Of a stretch of DNA of 64,000 bases, positions 50,364 through 61,083 are shown piece by piece (positions within the stretch are counted from its first letter, which is position 1; each line of letters starts with the position of its first letter). This DNA is from Burkholderiales bacterium (GTDB taxonomy: Bacteria > Pseudomonadota > Gammaproteobacteria > Burkholderiales > SG8-39): the NCBI GenBank assembly GCA_035637655.1, contig DASPWT010000222.1:352-64351 (forward strand), read 5' to 3'. The translations under genes were made by a program, and so were the position numbers. The notes below the pieces were generated by a model that was not told the DNA's origin, did not search any database, and was given only the letters and a program-made list of their open reading frames with translations.

Positions 50364-51662
50364 TCAAGACCCCTGCCGCGCCCCCCGAACCTCGGTCCGG
50401 GCGGCCTCGATCCCCTGCATGACGTCGGCTACGGTGTGGAACGATCCAAACACCGCGATTCTATCATTTTCGGTTGCCCGCTTCCGTGCGGCGGCATAGG
50501 CTTCGAGAGGGTTCCTGAAGCAAAGCACATCGCCTGCCGCACTTGCTCTTGCAAGGGCATCAGCCAGCATGCGCGCGCCAGCGCCGCGCGGCACCGAAAG
50601 GTCGGCCGCAAACCAAGCTGAAATCCTGTCTTTCAACGCCCGGCAGACCCCGTCGATGTCCTTGTCCCGCAACATGCCGAACACGGCATAGGTCTCCGGA
50701 TAAAAGCCCATCCCGGCGAGGTTCTCCGCGAGCACGCCCGCGGCCTGCGGATTGTGCGCGACGTCCAGAACGACCGTCGGTCGACCGGGAAGTACCTCGA
50801 ATCGCGCCGGAAGCTGCACGTGCGCAAAACCGTTGCGGATGTCCTGCATGCCGACCGGAAGGCGCGCACGCATGGCATCGAGCGCGGCAAGTGCCGCGCT
50901 GGCATTCGCAAGCTGGCGTTCGCCCCTGAGCGCAGGGGGCGCGAGCCCGCCGCGGCGCACGCCCCGTCCCCAAAACATCCATTGCTGCCCCTCCCTCCGG
51001 TAGCCAAAATCCCGGCCGATCAACCGGAGGTCCGCACCCACCGCACCCGCACGGTCGAGAACGCTGCGGGGCGGATCCGGATCTGCGACCACCGCGGGTT
51101 TACTCCCACGGAAGATCCCCGCTTTTTCGGACCCGATGCGCTCGCGCGTGTCGCCGAGGTAATCGGTGTGGTCCAGATCAACGGAGGTCAACAATGCGCA
51201 GTCTGCATCGAAGGCGTTGACCGCGTCCAGGCGCCCCCCCAGGCCGACCTCCAGGATCACGGCGTCGAGCGCCTCGGCCGCAAAAATCTCCCACGCAGCC
51301 AGGGTGCCGAACTCGAAGTACGTGAGAGTGATCTCACCGCGAGCGCGCTCGACCGTCTCGAACGCCGCGCACAGGCGCGCGTCGCTCAGAGGCACGCCGT
51401 CGAGGCGAACGCGCTCGTTGTAACGAAGGAGGTGCGGCGATGTGTACAGACCCACCCTGTACCCGGCGGCGAGCAGAATCGCTTCCAGCATCGCGCAGGT
51501 CGAGCCCTTGCCGTTGGTGCCGGCGACGGTGAAAAGCGACGCCGGGCTCGACCTTGCGAGCACGTCGCGCACTTTCGCCACGCGCTCCAGCCCGAGCTGG
51601 ATGGATTTCGGATGGATGCGCTCGATGTAGTCGAGCCACTCAGCGAGGCTGCGGCCGGGCAT
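50364..51662 (-). CDS. folC: Bifunctional folylpolyglutamate synthase / dihydrofolate synthase
   Basis: 'VAGTNGKGSTCAM' is the Mur-ligase P-loop. The accD-folC-dedD-cvpA-purF synteny is conserved. Confidence 0.9.
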   Translation of the reverse strand: MPGRSLAEWLDYIERIHPKSIQLGLERVAKVRDVLARSSPASLFTVAGTNGKGSTCAMLEAILLAAGYRVGLYTSPHLLRYNERVRLDGVPLSDARLCAAFETVERARGEITLTYFEFGTLAAWEIFAAEALDAVILEVGLGGRLDAVNAFDADCALLTSVDLDHTDYLGDTRERIGSEKAGIFRGSKPAVVADPDPPRSVLDRAGAVGADLRLIGRDFGYRREGQQWMFWGRGVRRGGLAPPALRGERQLANASAALAALDAMRARLPVGMQDIRNGFAHVQLPARFEVLPGRPTVVLDVAHNPQAAGVLAENLAGMGFYPETYAVFGMLRDKDIDGVCRALKDRISAWFAADLSVPRGAGARMLADALARASAAGDVLCFRNPLEAYAAARKRATENDRIAVFGSFHTVADVMQGIEAARTEVRGARQGS

Positions 51663-51678
51663 GAAGCGGGAATCGGGA

Positions 51679-52548
51679 TCAGCTTACCGAGGGAGCTTGC
51701 CGCTGCAGAAGCGTAAGAAGATTCGCGAGCTTGTCGCGCATCTGGCGCCGGTCGACGATCATATCGATTGCGCCCTTCTCGAGCAAGAACTCAGCGCGCT
51801 GAAAGCCTTCGGGGAGCTTCTCGCGCACGGTCTGCTCGATAACGCGCGGCCCGGCGAAACCGATGAGCGCTCGCGGTTCGGCAATCACGACATCACCGAT
51901 CATGGCGAAGCTTGCCGACACCCCACCCATGGTCGGGTCGGTGAGAACCGTGATGAACGGGAGCTTGCGCGCCGTGAGTTGTGTCAATGCCGCCGTGGTC
52001 TTGGCCATCTGCATGAGCGAAAAAAGCCCTTCCTGCATACGCGCACCGCCGGTCGCCGTGACGCACACGAGCGGCAATTGCTGGTCGAGGCACGCGTGCA
52101 CCCCGCGCACGAAGCGTTCCCCCACAGCCGACCCCATCGATCCGCCCATGAACTCGAACTCGAAAGCGGCGACAATGAGGGGCACGTTTTTTATGGCGCC
52201 CTGCATCACGACCAACGCTTCGGTTTCGCCGGTGGCCTTCTCTGCTTCCTCGAGCCGTTCCGGGTAACGCCTGTCGTCCTTGAATTTCAGGCTGTCGACC
52301 GACGCGACCTCGACGCCGATCTCGAAGCGCCCTTCGGGGTCGAGAAGGAGATCGAGCCGTCCCCGTGCCGAAATACGGTTGTGATAGCCGCATTTGGGGC
52401 AGACGTTGGCGTTCTTTTCCAGATCGGTTGCATACAGCACCGCCGCGCAAGAGGGACACTTGCTCCACAGACCTTCCGGGACGTTTTTCTTCGCGCCGGT
52501 TCCGGTGCGGTTGATCTTGGGGGGAAGCAGCTTTTGGAGCCAGCTCAT
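51679..52548 (-). CDS. accD: Acetyl-CoA carboxylase carboxyltransferase beta subunit
   Basis: '[12 protein letters not shown]', zinc ribbon 'CPSCAAVLY...CPKCGYH' and '[14 protein letters not shown]'. Its ATG overlaps the trpA stop (ATGA). Confidence 0.93.
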   Translation of the reverse strand: MSWLQKLLPPKINRTGTGAKKNVPEGLWSKCPSCAAVLYATDLEKNANVCPKCGYHNRISARGRLDLLLDPEGRFEIGVEVASVDSLKFKDDRRYPERLEEAEKATGETEALVVMQGAIKNVPLIVAAFEFEFMGGSMGSAVGERFVRGVHACLDQQLPLVCVTATGGARMQEGLFSLMQMAKTTAALTQLTARKLPFITVLTDPTMGGVSASFAMIGDVVIAEPRALIGFAGPRVIEQTVREKLPEGFQRAEFLLEKGAIDMIVDRRQMRDKLANLLTLLQRQAPSVS

Positions 52549-53354
52549 GCGTCGATCGCCCTGCGAATTTCCTTGAGGAAGGTCGCGCCCTTCTCCACGC
52601 AAGTCCCGGGGGAGGCCTGTTCCATTTCTTGGATTATTCGGCTGCCGATCACGACAGCGTCGGCGATCTGGGCCACGCCACGTGCGGTCTGTCCATCGCG
52701 GATGCCGAATCCCACTCCTACCGGAAGCCTCGTCTTGCCGCGAATCGCCGGCAACTTGGCGGCAACATCGTCCAAATCAAGGTGCTTGGCCCCGGTCACG
52801 CCGCGCAGCGACACATAGTAGATGTAACCGCTGGCAAGCCTTGCCACCTGCTCGATGCGCGTCTCGGTGGACGTCGGTGCAAGCAAGAAGATCATATCGA
52901 TGCCGCGTGCGCGGAGCATTGCCGCGAATTCAGCGCTTTCCTCGGGCGGATAATCGATCACCAAGACTCCGTCCACTCCCGCCTGGCGCGCGGCGTCGGC
53001 GAAGCGCTCCAATCCCATCGCCTCGATTGGATTGGCATACCCCATCAGGACGATCGGGGTCGACGGGTCCGTGTCCCGGAATTCCGCGACGAACGCAAGT
53101 ACGTGGTTCAGCCCGATATGGTTTTTCAGCGCTCTTTCGCTTGAACGCTGGATCACGGGCCCGTCGGCCATGGGATCGGAAAAGGGCACGCCCAGCTCGA
53201 TGACGTCGGCTCCCGCCGCAACCAGCGCGTGCATGAGCGGCACGGTCAATTCGGCTTGTGGGTCTCCGGCCGTAACGTAGGGAATCAGGGCCTTTCGGCG
53301 CTCGCGTGCGAGCCGTTCGAAAGCAGACTGGATTCTCGACGCCGCGGCTTTCAT
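52545..53354 (-). CDS. trpA: Tryptophan synthase alpha chain
   Basis: '[11 protein letters not shown]', '[18 protein letters not shown]', 'VGFGI'. Its ATG overlaps the methyltransferase stop (ATGA). Confidence 0.92.
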   Translation of the reverse strand: MKAAASRIQSAFERLARERRKALIPYVTAGDPQAELTVPLMHALVAAGADVIELGVPFSDPMADGPVIQRSSERALKNHIGLNHVLAFVAEFRDTDPSTPIVLMGYANPIEAMGLERFADAARQAGVDGVLVIDYPPEESAEFAAMLRARGIDMIFLLAPTSTETRIEQVARLASGYIYYVSLRGVTGAKHLDLDDVAAKLPAIRGKTRLPVGVGFGIRDGQTARGVAQIADAVVIGSRIIQEMEQASPGTCVEKGATFLKEIRRAIDA

Positions 53355-54157
53355 AGCGCCGCAGCGCTTCGAACCGGGACCGTGACGGCTCCAACATCCG
53401 ATTTGCAAAGACGGGCCACGCGCCGCTTCGCCAGCGCGCAGTAATCCGGATTGATCTCGAAGCCGATGAAGCGCCGACCGTGCTTGAGCGCTGCAACCGC
53501 TGCGGTGCCGGTACCCATGAACGGATCGAGCACGAGCCCGTCGGAAGGGCAGCTCGCCAACACCATGCGCTCGATGATCTCGAGCGGCTTCTGAGTAGGA
53601 TGATCCTCGCGCTCCGGATCCTGGCGGTGAATCCTCGTCACGCTCCACACGTCCTTCGGGTTATAGCCCACCTCGAGCCATTTCTTGCCGACGAAAATCG
53701 AGCGCGTTCGCGCGCGCTTTGTTTCGGCGTCGTAGGGAATGCGCACGCCGTCAATATCGAAAAAGTAGTCCTTCGAGCGCGCGAACAGGCCGATCGTGTC
53801 GTGGACGGAGGAGAATTTCCGCGTGCTGCCGCCCATGCTCGGCACTTTCCGGTCCCAGACGATCTCGTTCACCATCGTCAAGCGCGTCTTCAGATAACTG
53901 AAAACTTCCGGACTGTGCTGCCAGGTCAGAAAAACGTAGAGGCTGCCGGTTGGCTTGAGCTTCGGAATCACGGCATCGATCCAGCGCCGGGTGAATGCGA
54001 GATACGCTTCCCCGCTCAGGCGGTCCGAGTCGTTTCCGTAGTCCTTACCGAGGCCGTACGGAGGATCGGCGACGATGAGATCCACGCTCGCCTCGCGCAC
54101 GCGGACGACGCAATCGAAGAGATCTCCATTGAGGAGCGTTGCGTGCGGATCGCTCAA
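53351..54157 (-). CDS. Orphan site-specific DNA methyltransferase (beta-class N6A/N4C, PF01555-like) inside the trp operon
   Basis: Motif IV '[11 protein letters not shown]' precedes motif I '[15 protein letters not shown]' and '[14 protein letters not shown]'. The TTG start at 54157 overlaps the trpB stop (cTTTGAg). The 629-aa track ORF upstream of this point is a shadow of trpB. Confidence 0.85.
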   Translation of the reverse strand: MSDPHATLLNGDLFDCVVRVREASVDLIVADPPYGLGKDYGNDSDRLSGEAYLAFTRRWIDAVIPKLKPTGSLYVFLTWQHSPEVFSYLKTRLTMVNEIVWDRKVPSMGGSTRKFSSVHDTIGLFARSKDYFFDIDGVRIPYDAETKRARTRSIFVGKKWLEVGYNPKDVWSVTRIHRQDPEREDHPTQKPLEIIERMVLASCPSDGLVLDPFMGTGTAAVAALKHGRRFIGFEINPDYCALAKRRVARLCKSDVGAVTVPVRSAAAL

Positions 54158-55353
54158 AGCCGGATCCCCGATTTTTCCGCGACGGTGTGCATGTCCTTGT
54201 CGCCCCGTCCCGAAAGATTGACCAGCAGAATCCCGTCCCTCGGCAGCGTCGGTGCAAGCTTCGCCGCGTGGGCGAGCGCGTGCGCGGACTCGAGCGCCGG
54301 AATGATGCCCTCGCAGCGGCACAGGTCGTGGAACGCGGCGACGGCCTCTGCGTCGTCGATGGTGACGTATTCGGCCCGGCCGGTGTCCTTGAGCCAGGCG
54401 TGCTCGGGGCCCACACCCGGGTAATCCAGCCCTGCCGAGATCGAATGCGTCTCGACGATCTGGCCGTCTTCGTCCTGAAGCAGATAGGTGCGATTTCCGT
54501 GCAGCACCCCCGGCCTGCCCGCGCACAGCGACGCCGCATGCTTGCCGCTGGCTATGCCGAGTCCGCCCGCCTCCACGCCGATGAGCTTCACGGCTTCGTA
54601 CGGGATATAGGGGTAGAAGATCCCCATTGCATTCGAGCCCCCGCCGACGCAGGCAATCACCGCGTCGGGTTGGCGGCCGCACAGCTCCGGCACCTGCGTC
54701 AGGCACTCGCGACCGATGACCGACTGAAAGTCGCGCACCATCATCGGATACGGATGCGGGCCGGCGACGCTGCCAATGATGTAAAAGGTGTTGTCGACGT
54801 TGGTGACCCAGTCGCGCATCGCTTCGTTCAGCGCGTCCTTCAGCGTTTTCGATCCCGATTCGACGGGCACGACCGCCGCCCCGAGAAGCTTCATGCGATG
54901 GACGTTCTGCACTTGGCGCTTGATGTCCTCCGAGCCCATGTATACCACGCACTCCATGCCGTAACGCGCCGCAACCGTCGCAGCCGCCACGCCGTGCATC
55001 CCGGCGCCGGTTTCGGCGATCACGCGCGGTTTGCCCATGCGCCTTGCAACGAGGGCCTGCCCGACGGTGTTGTTGATCTTGTGAGCGCCGGTATGGTTGA
55101 GATCCTCGCGCTTGATGTAGATCTGGGCTCCGCCGAGCATCTGTGACCAACGCTTGGCATGATAAACGGGGCTCGGGCGACCGACGTAGTGCTTGAGCTC
55201 GTACTCGAACTCGGCGACGAATTCCGGATCCTTCCGGCAAGCTTCATAGGCGCGTTTGAGTTCATCGAGCGCGTGCACCAGCGTCTCGGCGACGAACACG
55301 CCGCCATACCGGCCGAAGTGTCCCTGCTCGTCCGGAAGCTCATGCATCTTCAT
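54154..55353 (-). CDS. trpB: Tryptophan synthase beta chain
   Basis: The PLP site is '[14 protein letters not shown]'. Also 'GGGSNAMG'. Confidence 0.95.
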   Translation of the reverse strand: MKMHELPDEQGHFGRYGGVFVAETLVHALDELKRAYEACRKDPEFVAEFEYELKHYVGRPSPVYHAKRWSQMLGGAQIYIKREDLNHTGAHKINNTVGQALVARRMGKPRVIAETGAGMHGVAAATVAARYGMECVVYMGSEDIKRQVQNVHRMKLLGAAVVPVESGSKTLKDALNEAMRDWVTNVDNTFYIIGSVAGPHPYPMMVRDFQSVIGRECLTQVPELCGRQPDAVIACVGGGSNAMGIFYPYIPYEAVKLIGVEAGGLGIASGKHAASLCAGRPGVLHGNRTYLLQDEDGQIVETHSISAGLDYPGVGPEHAWLKDTGRAEYVTIDDAEAVAAFHDLCRCEGIIPALESAHALAHAAKLAPTLPRDGILLVNLSGRGDKDMHTVAEKSGIRL

Positions 55354-55963
55354 GCTTTACCGCTCCGATAAAATCGGCGATTTTCGCCGCGTCCTTGATT
55401 CCCTTGGACGCCTCGACGCTGCTCGAAACATCGACCGCGTAGGGCCTGGTGCGGCGTATGGCGCCGGCGACGTTGCCGGCAGTCAGGCCGCCCGAAAGGA
55501 TGATCGGCCTCGCCATGCGCTCCGGCACGAGACTCCAGTCGAACGAGCCGCCCGTTCCACCCCAGAGATCCTCGTGGAAAGCGTCGAGCATCCACGCGGC
55601 GGCAGCACCGTAAGGCGAGAGGTATTTTAGCAAATCCAGCCCGGGCCGAATGCGCGCGGCTTTGACGTACGGACGGGAGAAACTCGAGCAGAACTCGGGT
55701 GGCTCGTCGCCGTGGAACTGCAGAAGCGCTACGCCGCACTCGCCGATCACGCGCTCGACATCTTCGCGCGCGGGGTTGACGAACACAGCGACGGTCGCGA
55801 CAAAGGGCGGCGCGCTCATCGCGATCTCCAGTGCCTGATCGAGGGTCACGCAGCGCGGGCTGGGACGATAGAAGATCAGCCCGATTGCGTCGGCGCCGTG
55901 CGCAGCGGCGGCCCGCGCATCTTCCACGCGCGTAATGCCGCAAATCTTGACTCGCGTTCTCAT
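55340..55963 (-). CDS. trpF: N-(5'-phosphoribosyl)anthranilate isomerase
   Basis: '[16 protein letters not shown]' and '[11 protein letters not shown]'. Its ATG at 55963 overlaps the truA stop (ATGA). Confidence 0.9.
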   Translation of the reverse strand: MRTRVKICGITRVEDARAAAAHGADAIGLIFYRPSPRCVTLDQALEIAMSAPPFVATVAVFVNPAREDVERVIGECGVALLQFHGDEPPEFCSSFSRPYVKAARIRPGLDLLKYLSPYGAAAAWMLDAFHEDLWGGTGGSFDWSLVPERMARPIILSGGLTAGNVAGAIRRTRPYAVDVSSSVEASKGIKDAAKIADFIGAVKHEDA

Positions 55964-56754
55964 CGCCCGGATTCCAAGTCGAACGGCATCATAGGGGGAA
56001 ACGCCGGCAGGCTCCAGCGCGCGTCGTATTTCACTCCGAAGAGATACAGGCCCTCGGCGGAGAACGTCGGTGCCGCCAGCCGCCGGTCTTGCGCGGCAAT
56101 CAGCTCCGAGATCCATTGCGGCGGTTGATTGCCCTTGCCGACGTACACAAGACATCCGATGATATTGCGCACCATGTGATGCAGAAACGCATTTGCGGTG
56201 AAATCGAAGAGGAAATATGCGCCGCTTGCGCGTATCCCCGCGCTTTGCATGACCCGCACCGGGGTCTTCGCCTGGCACTCTGCGGACCGGAAGCTGGAAA
56301 AATCGTGCTCTCCGATCAGGCGATCGACGGCTTTGCGCATCCTCTCCAGGTCGAGCGGAAGATGAAACCAGCCGGTGCGCCCCGCGAGCAGCGCCGGCCG
56401 CACCGGGTGGTTGTAGAGAACGTAGCGGTAGGTTCGCGAGAGCGCCGAATAGCGCGCGTGAAAGTCTCCGGCAACGGGGGTCGCCCACTGCACGGCGATC
56501 CCGTCCGGAAGCAGCGCGTTTGCGCCGCGCACCCAGGCCGACTCGGGGCGCTCCACCGAGGTTTCGAAATGCGCCACCTGGGCGCTCGCATGCACGCCCG
56601 CGTCGGTGCGTCCGGCGCCGGTCACCGCGATCGGCTCGCCGCTTATTTCCGAAAGCGCGCGCGAGAGATGATCTTGCACGGTGTTGCCGGAGGGCTGCGA
56701 TTGCCAACCTTCCATGCCCGCGCCGCAGTAGCTCACTCCGATGGCAAACTTCAT
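55960..56754 (-). CDS. truA: tRNA pseudouridine(38-40) synthase
   Basis: 'GAGRTDAGVHA' carries the catalytic Asp. Also 'FLHHMVRNIIG'. Confidence 0.92.
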   Translation of the reverse strand: MKFAIGVSYCGAGMEGWQSQPSGNTVQDHLSRALSEISGEPIAVTGAGRTDAGVHASAQVAHFETSVERPESAWVRGANALLPDGIAVQWATPVAGDFHARYSALSRTYRYVLYNHPVRPALLAGRTGWFHLPLDLERMRKAVDRLIGEHDFSSFRSAECQAKTPVRVMQSAGIRASGAYFLFDFTANAFLHHMVRNIIGCLVYVGKGNQPPQWISELIAAQDRRLAAPTFSAEGLYLFGVKYDARWSLPAFPPMMPFDLESGR

Positions 56755-56820
56755 TCTACGATCCCGAAAACAACGATCGGCGCACGAGGCGCCGATCGTT
56801 CGATGAGAACTCGGTGGAGA

Positions 56821-59712
56821 TCAGCCGAGCGCCTGGAGCATCGTTTGGGCCTGTTGTTGCTGCGCCGAATCGCCTTCTTTCACCACTTCCTTCAGCAACT
56901 CGCGGGCCCCGTCCTTGTCGCCCATCTCCTCGTACGCCTTGGCGAGGTCGAGTTTGGTCGCGACTTCCTGCCATCGCGCGTCCGGAGCGCCGCCTGAACC
57001 GTTGCCGCCGCCGGGCGTACCGAGATCCAGGCTGATGTCGGCCAGATCCACCGCGGGCGTCCTGGGCGTCTCGGTTTTCGCTTCACTGCCACCAGTCGGT
57101 GTTCCAAGGTCGAAATCAATCCCTCCCAAGTCCGCAGCAGGAGCCGCAGAGGCGCCCGGTGCAGCATCGGCCCTGTCGCCCATCGGCAAATCGAAATCGA
57201 TGCTGAGGGGCTCCGCTGCCGGAATGGCGCTCGCCGCAGCCGCGGTCCCGACGGGTGCGGACTTGTCTCCGCCAAGACCGAGATCGAAATCGAGACCCGC
57301 CGCGGACTCCGCCGGGGACGCCGATCCAACCCCCAGATCGAGGTCCGGCAGCGGAGCCGGCCCTCCTGATGTCGCCGCGCCGATGTCAAAATCGATGTTG
57401 AGAGGTGCCGCGGGCTCCAGCGTCGGTTGAGTGCTTGTGCTGAGGGCCGGCATTTGCGCTGTCTCGTTGAACCCCTGCGGTACGTTTCCCGGCTTGCCCC
57501 CGTAAAGCGCATTGGCCGGATCGATCGACAATCCCAAACCGGCCACCTTTTCCCATTCCGCCCCGCGTCCGCCGGTTGCGGCGCGCAGCTCGTTTGCGGC
57601 CGCCTCGAATGACCTTGCATCCTTCCGATTGGCGTAAATCTCGAGGAGCTTGACGCGAATCGCCTGGCGACTGGAATCCTTGGCGAGCGCGTCTTTCAGG
57701 ATCTCCTCGGCCTGGGCATCGCGACCGTAGGCCATATAGACGTCGGCTTCCGCGATCGGGTCGATCTCCTCGGTGTCGGCCCTGCCGACACCACCCTGAC
57801 TGAAATCGCTCTGCAGCGAGCTCGAGCTGGTGTCAACGCTACGACCCCCGGCGCTCCCCAGTACCGAGTCCGCGTCCGAAGGCACGACGCTCATGATGCT
57901 GTTCTCGAATTGCGAGTTGCGTTTGCGGCGCCAGGCGTAAGCCGCGTAACCCGCCAGCAGGAGCACGGCAACCCCCCCACCGCCGAGTGCGATGGGGTTG
58001 TCGAGCAACTCATCCACGAAGCTGGCTTCAATCGGCGGAGGCGCTGGAGCGGCCTTGGCCGCTGCCTTGGGAGCGGCTTTCGCGACCTCCGTTCTCGCGG
58101 GTTCCGGCGCTTTGGCGGCAGACTCGGAGGCCTTCTCCGGCTCGGGCGCTTTCGCAGTTTCGGGAGCTTTTGCCCCTTCCGGTGCCTTCGCAGGTTCGGG
58201 TGCCTTGGCACCCTCAGGGGCCTTTGCGGCCGCGGATGCCTTGGCTGCCTCCGGAGCTTTGGCTGGTTCCGGAGCTTTCGCCACCTCCGCCGCCTTGGCG
58301 CCCAGCGGGGCCTTGGGCGCTTCCGCTTTGGCTACAGGCGCGGCCTTGGCGGGCTCGGTGGCTTTCGCGGCGGGCGCGGCTTTTGCGGCTTCCGCCTGCT
58401 GCTGTAACTGGGCTCCGGTCTGGCTTTTTATCTGTGCCAGTTTCTGCATATCCTGCAGATTCTTTTCCAGGAGAGCGATGCGTTCCTTGGCTTCTTTCAG
58501 CGCATTATCTTTGGCTGCCAAGTCATCGGCCGCTGCGGTGCCCGCGGCCTTTGCGCCGCGCTTGGCGTCGTCTGCGCGGGAGAGACGCAGCTCATCCTTG
58601 GGCGGTTCCTTGGACGGCACCGGCTTTTCCTCCCTGGGTGCGCTGATCTGACCGGATACCTGACGGCCCGCCTGAGACGCAGGCGTCGATGCGACCGCGA
58701 TTCCGAGGCTGCGGCGGTATTCGTTGAAGTCGGCGTACTGGGCGGAGACGATGCGGCGCGCATCAACCGCCGCCACTGCCCCGGCCGCGTCCTTGTCCGG
58801 AATGCTGACGATCTTGCCCGCACGCAAACGGTTCATGTTGTCGGCCACAAACGCTTCTTGATTCGCGCGGAACAGTGCGACCAGCATCTGCTGCAAGGTC
58901 ACGCCCTCAACTTTGTTTCGCATGGCAATCTTCGAGAGCGTATCGCCGCGTACGACCTCGTAGATATCCGAGACCCCGGGCACCTGGACCAGTCCAGCGG
59001 GCGCCGCGGCAGCAGGCGCCGCGTCCACCTGAACGGGCACGGGTCCGGCCGGCTTCACCTCGGCCGGCAGGACTTGAACTTGCGCCGGCGACGTCGATTC
59101 CCCGACCGTTTCCCGCGGCGGAGCACCGGTCTCCGCCGCTACTCGAGGGGGAGCATTCGGTTCTGCAGAAGCGGCGGGCGCCGCCGGGACCGGTTCCAAG
59201 GGTGACGCCGGTGCAACGGGTTCAGCCGATGGTGCCGACGCAAGCGGTTCCGGTGGCTCGGCCGCCGGCAGCTGCGCGGCGCGGAGCGGCTTAGGTTTTG
59301 GCGGACCGGCATATTCGGGTGGATCGAGCAGGAAGGTGTATTCGCGGACCAGACGTCCGTTCGCCCAGTTCAACTCTACCAGCATATCGATGAACGGCTC
59401 GTTGATCGGCTGGCCGGACGTGAGAGTCATCACGTATTGGCCACCAGGCCGTCGCTGGACGGCAAACTTGACCGACAGCAGCGCCGGATTCAGATCTATG
59501 TTGGCCTGGCGGAAAACCTCCCCCGGGGCAAGCCGCGCCCCCAGCGTGTCGCCTTCACTGCGCTGCAAAGAAACGATCTCGATTTCCGCTCTGAGCGGCT
59601 GCCCAAGCGCGGACAGAACCGACAACTTACCCAAGCCCGCCGCCCAGGCGAGCGAAGGCAGAATCAGGCTCACGACTGCTACCAAACAAGTTTTTGAGGC
59701 GAACTTCCCCAC
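56821..59712 (-). CDS. fimV: FimV-like peptidoglycan-binding protein (LysM plus acidic repeats plus C-terminal TPR-like domain)
   Basis: It has a signal peptide and the N-terminus 'LGKLSVLSALGQPLRAEIEI'. The LysM motif is 'YEVVRGDTLSKIAMR'. It also has a TM segment and the C-terminus 'LDLAKAYEEMGDKDGARELLKEV'. The asd-fimV-truA synteny is conserved. Confidence 0.8.
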   Translation of the reverse strand: MGKFASKTCLVAVVSLILPSLAWAAGLGKLSVLSALGQPLRAEIEIVSLQRSEGDTLGARLAPGEVFRQANIDLNPALLSVKFAVQRRPGGQYVMTLTSGQPINEPFIDMLVELNWANGRLVREYTFLLDPPEYAGPPKPKPLRAAQLPAAEPPEPLASAPSAEPVAPASPLEPVPAAPAASAEPNAPPRVAAETGAPPRETVGESTSPAQVQVLPAEVKPAGPVPVQVDAAPAAAAPAGLVQVPGVSDIYEVVRGDTLSKIAMRNKVEGVTLQQMLVALFRANQEAFVADNMNRLRAGKIVSIPDKDAAGAVAAVDARRIVSAQYADFNEYRRSLGIAVASTPASQAGRQVSGQISAPREEKPVPSKEPPKDELRLSRADDAKRGAKAAGTAAADDLAAKDNALKEAKERIALLEKNLQDMQKLAQIKSQTGAQLQQQAEAAKAAPAAKATEPAKAAPVAKAEAPKAPLGAKAAEVAKAPEPAKAPEAAKASAAAKAPEGAKAPEPAKAPEGAKAPETAKAPEPEKASESAAKAPEPARTEVAKAAPKAAAKAAPAPPPIEASFVDELLDNPIALGGGGVAVLLLAGYAAYAWRRKRNSQFENSIMSVVPSDADSVLGSAGGRSVDTSSSSLQSDFSQGGVGRADTEEIDPIAEADVYMAYGRDAQAEEILKDALAKDSSRQAIRVKLLEIYANRKDARSFEAAANELRAATGGRGAEWEKVAGLGLSIDPANALYGGKPGNVPQGFNETAQMPALSTSTQPTLEPAAPLNIDFDIGAATSGGPAPLPDLDLGVGSASPAESAAGLDFDLGLGGDKSAPVGTAAAASAIPAAEPLSIDFDLPMGDRADAAPGASAAPAADLGGIDFDLGTPTGGSEAKTETPRTPAVDLADISLDLGTPGGGNGSGGAPDARWQEVATKLDLAKAYEEMGDKDGARELLKEVVKEGDSAQQQQAQTMLQALG
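58040..58400. repeat. Imperfect in-frame tandem repeats encoding (A-K-A-P-E-x)n inside fimV
   Basis: The protein reads '...AKAPEPAKAPEAAKASAAAKAPEGAKAPEPAKAPEGAKAPETAKAPEPEKA...'. The DNA shows recurring ggtgccttcgc/gggtgccttggc-like 15-18-nt units. Confidence 0.55.
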
Positions 59713-59900
59713 TTGCCACCCTGAACCTAAGTGGAAACAAATTAAAATACCATCATGGCCTTAGCCTTGCAAGCTCAACTTTCATCTCAGAAATTGCGTC
59801 AAGTGACTATTTTCTCACGAAGTTTGCTTGTTTTTCCCCTGAAAAGCCCGGGGAAGAGGGGTGATCGGACCCGAAGCCCTCGACCGCCCGCTTGAGCGGC

Positions 59901-61019
59901 TTAGCCTTCGAGCAGAAGGCGCAACATTCTCCGGAGCGGCTCGGCGGCACCCCAGAGCAGTTGGTCTCCGACCGTAAAGGCGGCGAGGTAGAAGCCGCCT
60001 TTTTCGAGGGCAAGCTTGCGTAGACGTCCGATCGGCACCCGCAGCGTGCCGCTCACCGCCGCCGGAGTCAGCTCGCGCAGGCTTGCCTCGCGCTCGTTCG
60101 GAATAACTCTCACCCAAGGGTTCGCCTCGGCGAGTATCTGCTCGATTTCGTCTACAGGCAGATCGCGCCTGAGTTTTACGGTGAGCGCCTGACTGTGGCA
60201 ACGCATTGCACCGATGCGTACGCAAATGCCGTCGATCGGAATCGGGTTCTCTTCGCGGCCGAGAATCTTGTTGCCTTCGGCCTGACCTTTCCACTCTTCG
60301 CGGCTTTGGCCGTTGCCGAGATCCTTGTCGATCCACGGAAGCAAGCTGCCCGCAAGCGGAAACCCGAACTGCCGGCTTGGCAAAGTTCCATCCCGCAAAG
60401 CCGAGGTCACCGCCCTATCCAACTCGAGGATTGCGGAGGCAGGGTCCTCCAGGGACGATCTCGCGGCTTGGTGCACGAATCCGATCTGCTCCACCAGCTC
60501 ACGCACGTGCGCGGCGCCCGCGCCGGAGGCAGCCTGATAGGTCATCGAGGTCACCCATTGGACGAGGTCCGCCTTCAGCAGGCCGTGCATGCCCATCAGC
60601 ATCAGGCTTACGGTGCAGTTGCCCCCGATGTAATTGCGCACGCCCCTGGAAAGCGCATCCTTGATCACGTTCATGTTGACCGGATCCAGGATGATGACCG
60701 CGTCGTCCTGCATGCGAAGAGCGGATGCGGCATCTATCCAGTAGCCCTTCCACCCCGAGGCACGCAGCTTGGGAAACACCTCGTTGGTGTAGGCGCCGCC
60801 TTGACACGAGATGATGATGTCCGTCAACGCGAGCTCTCTCACGCTCTTCGCGTCCTTGAGCGGTGCCGTTTCCTTTCCGATGAATGGCCCGAGCTCGCCC
60901 ACTCGGGAAGTCGAGAAGAACACCGGCTCCATCAACGCGAAGTCGCGCTCGGCGTGCATGCGCTGCATCAGCACCGATCCGACCATGCCGCGCCACCCGA
61001 CGAGTCCGACTCGCTTCAT
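59901..61019 (-). CDS. asd: Aspartate-semialdehyde dehydrogenase
   Basis: '[17 protein letters not shown]' and '[11 protein letters not shown]' (active-site Cys). Confidence 0.95.
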   Translation of the reverse strand: MKRVGLVGWRGMVGSVLMQRMHAERDFALMEPVFFSTSRVGELGPFIGKETAPLKDAKSVRELALTDIIISCQGGAYTNEVFPKLRASGWKGYWIDAASALRMQDDAVIILDPVNMNVIKDALSRGVRNYIGGNCTVSLMLMGMHGLLKADLVQWVTSMTYQAASGAGAAHVRELVEQIGFVHQAARSSLEDPASAILELDRAVTSALRDGTLPSRQFGFPLAGSLLPWIDKDLGNGQSREEWKGQAEGNKILGREENPIPIDGICVRIGAMRCHSQALTVKLRRDLPVDEIEQILAEANPWVRVIPNEREASLRELTPAAVSGTLRVPIGRLRKLALEKGGFYLAAFTVGDQLLWGAAEPLRRMLRLLLEG

Positions 61020-61083
61020 CGCATTTCCTGAATGTCCGATCTGCGTATGCTAACGCACTGAGCCCCGAAAAGGTTGCACCGCA

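Noticed and set aside
54158-55240. The N-terminal 360 residues of the 629-aa track ORF (53351-55240) that would extend the methyltransferase across trpB.
   Set aside because: This part is an out-of-frame shadow of trpB (RG-rich, no motifs). The methyltransferase homology starts just after the trpB stop, where a TTG start is available.
55964-56707. Upstream extension of the trpF ORF (455-aa track ORF) over truA. Analogous extensions exist for pheT (to 24274), rimO (to 13076), phaB2 (to 15538), trpA (to 53648) and the Bug protein (to 20855).
   Set aside because: The extensions overlap neighbouring real genes or a tRNA and lack homology. Internal starts reproduce the conserved N-termini and give ATGA/GTGA coupling.
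58040-58400. A repeat array that could superficially resemble a CRISPR or minisatellite.
   Set aside because: The repeats are short, imperfect, contiguous (no spacers) and in frame within fimV. No cas genes are present in the window.
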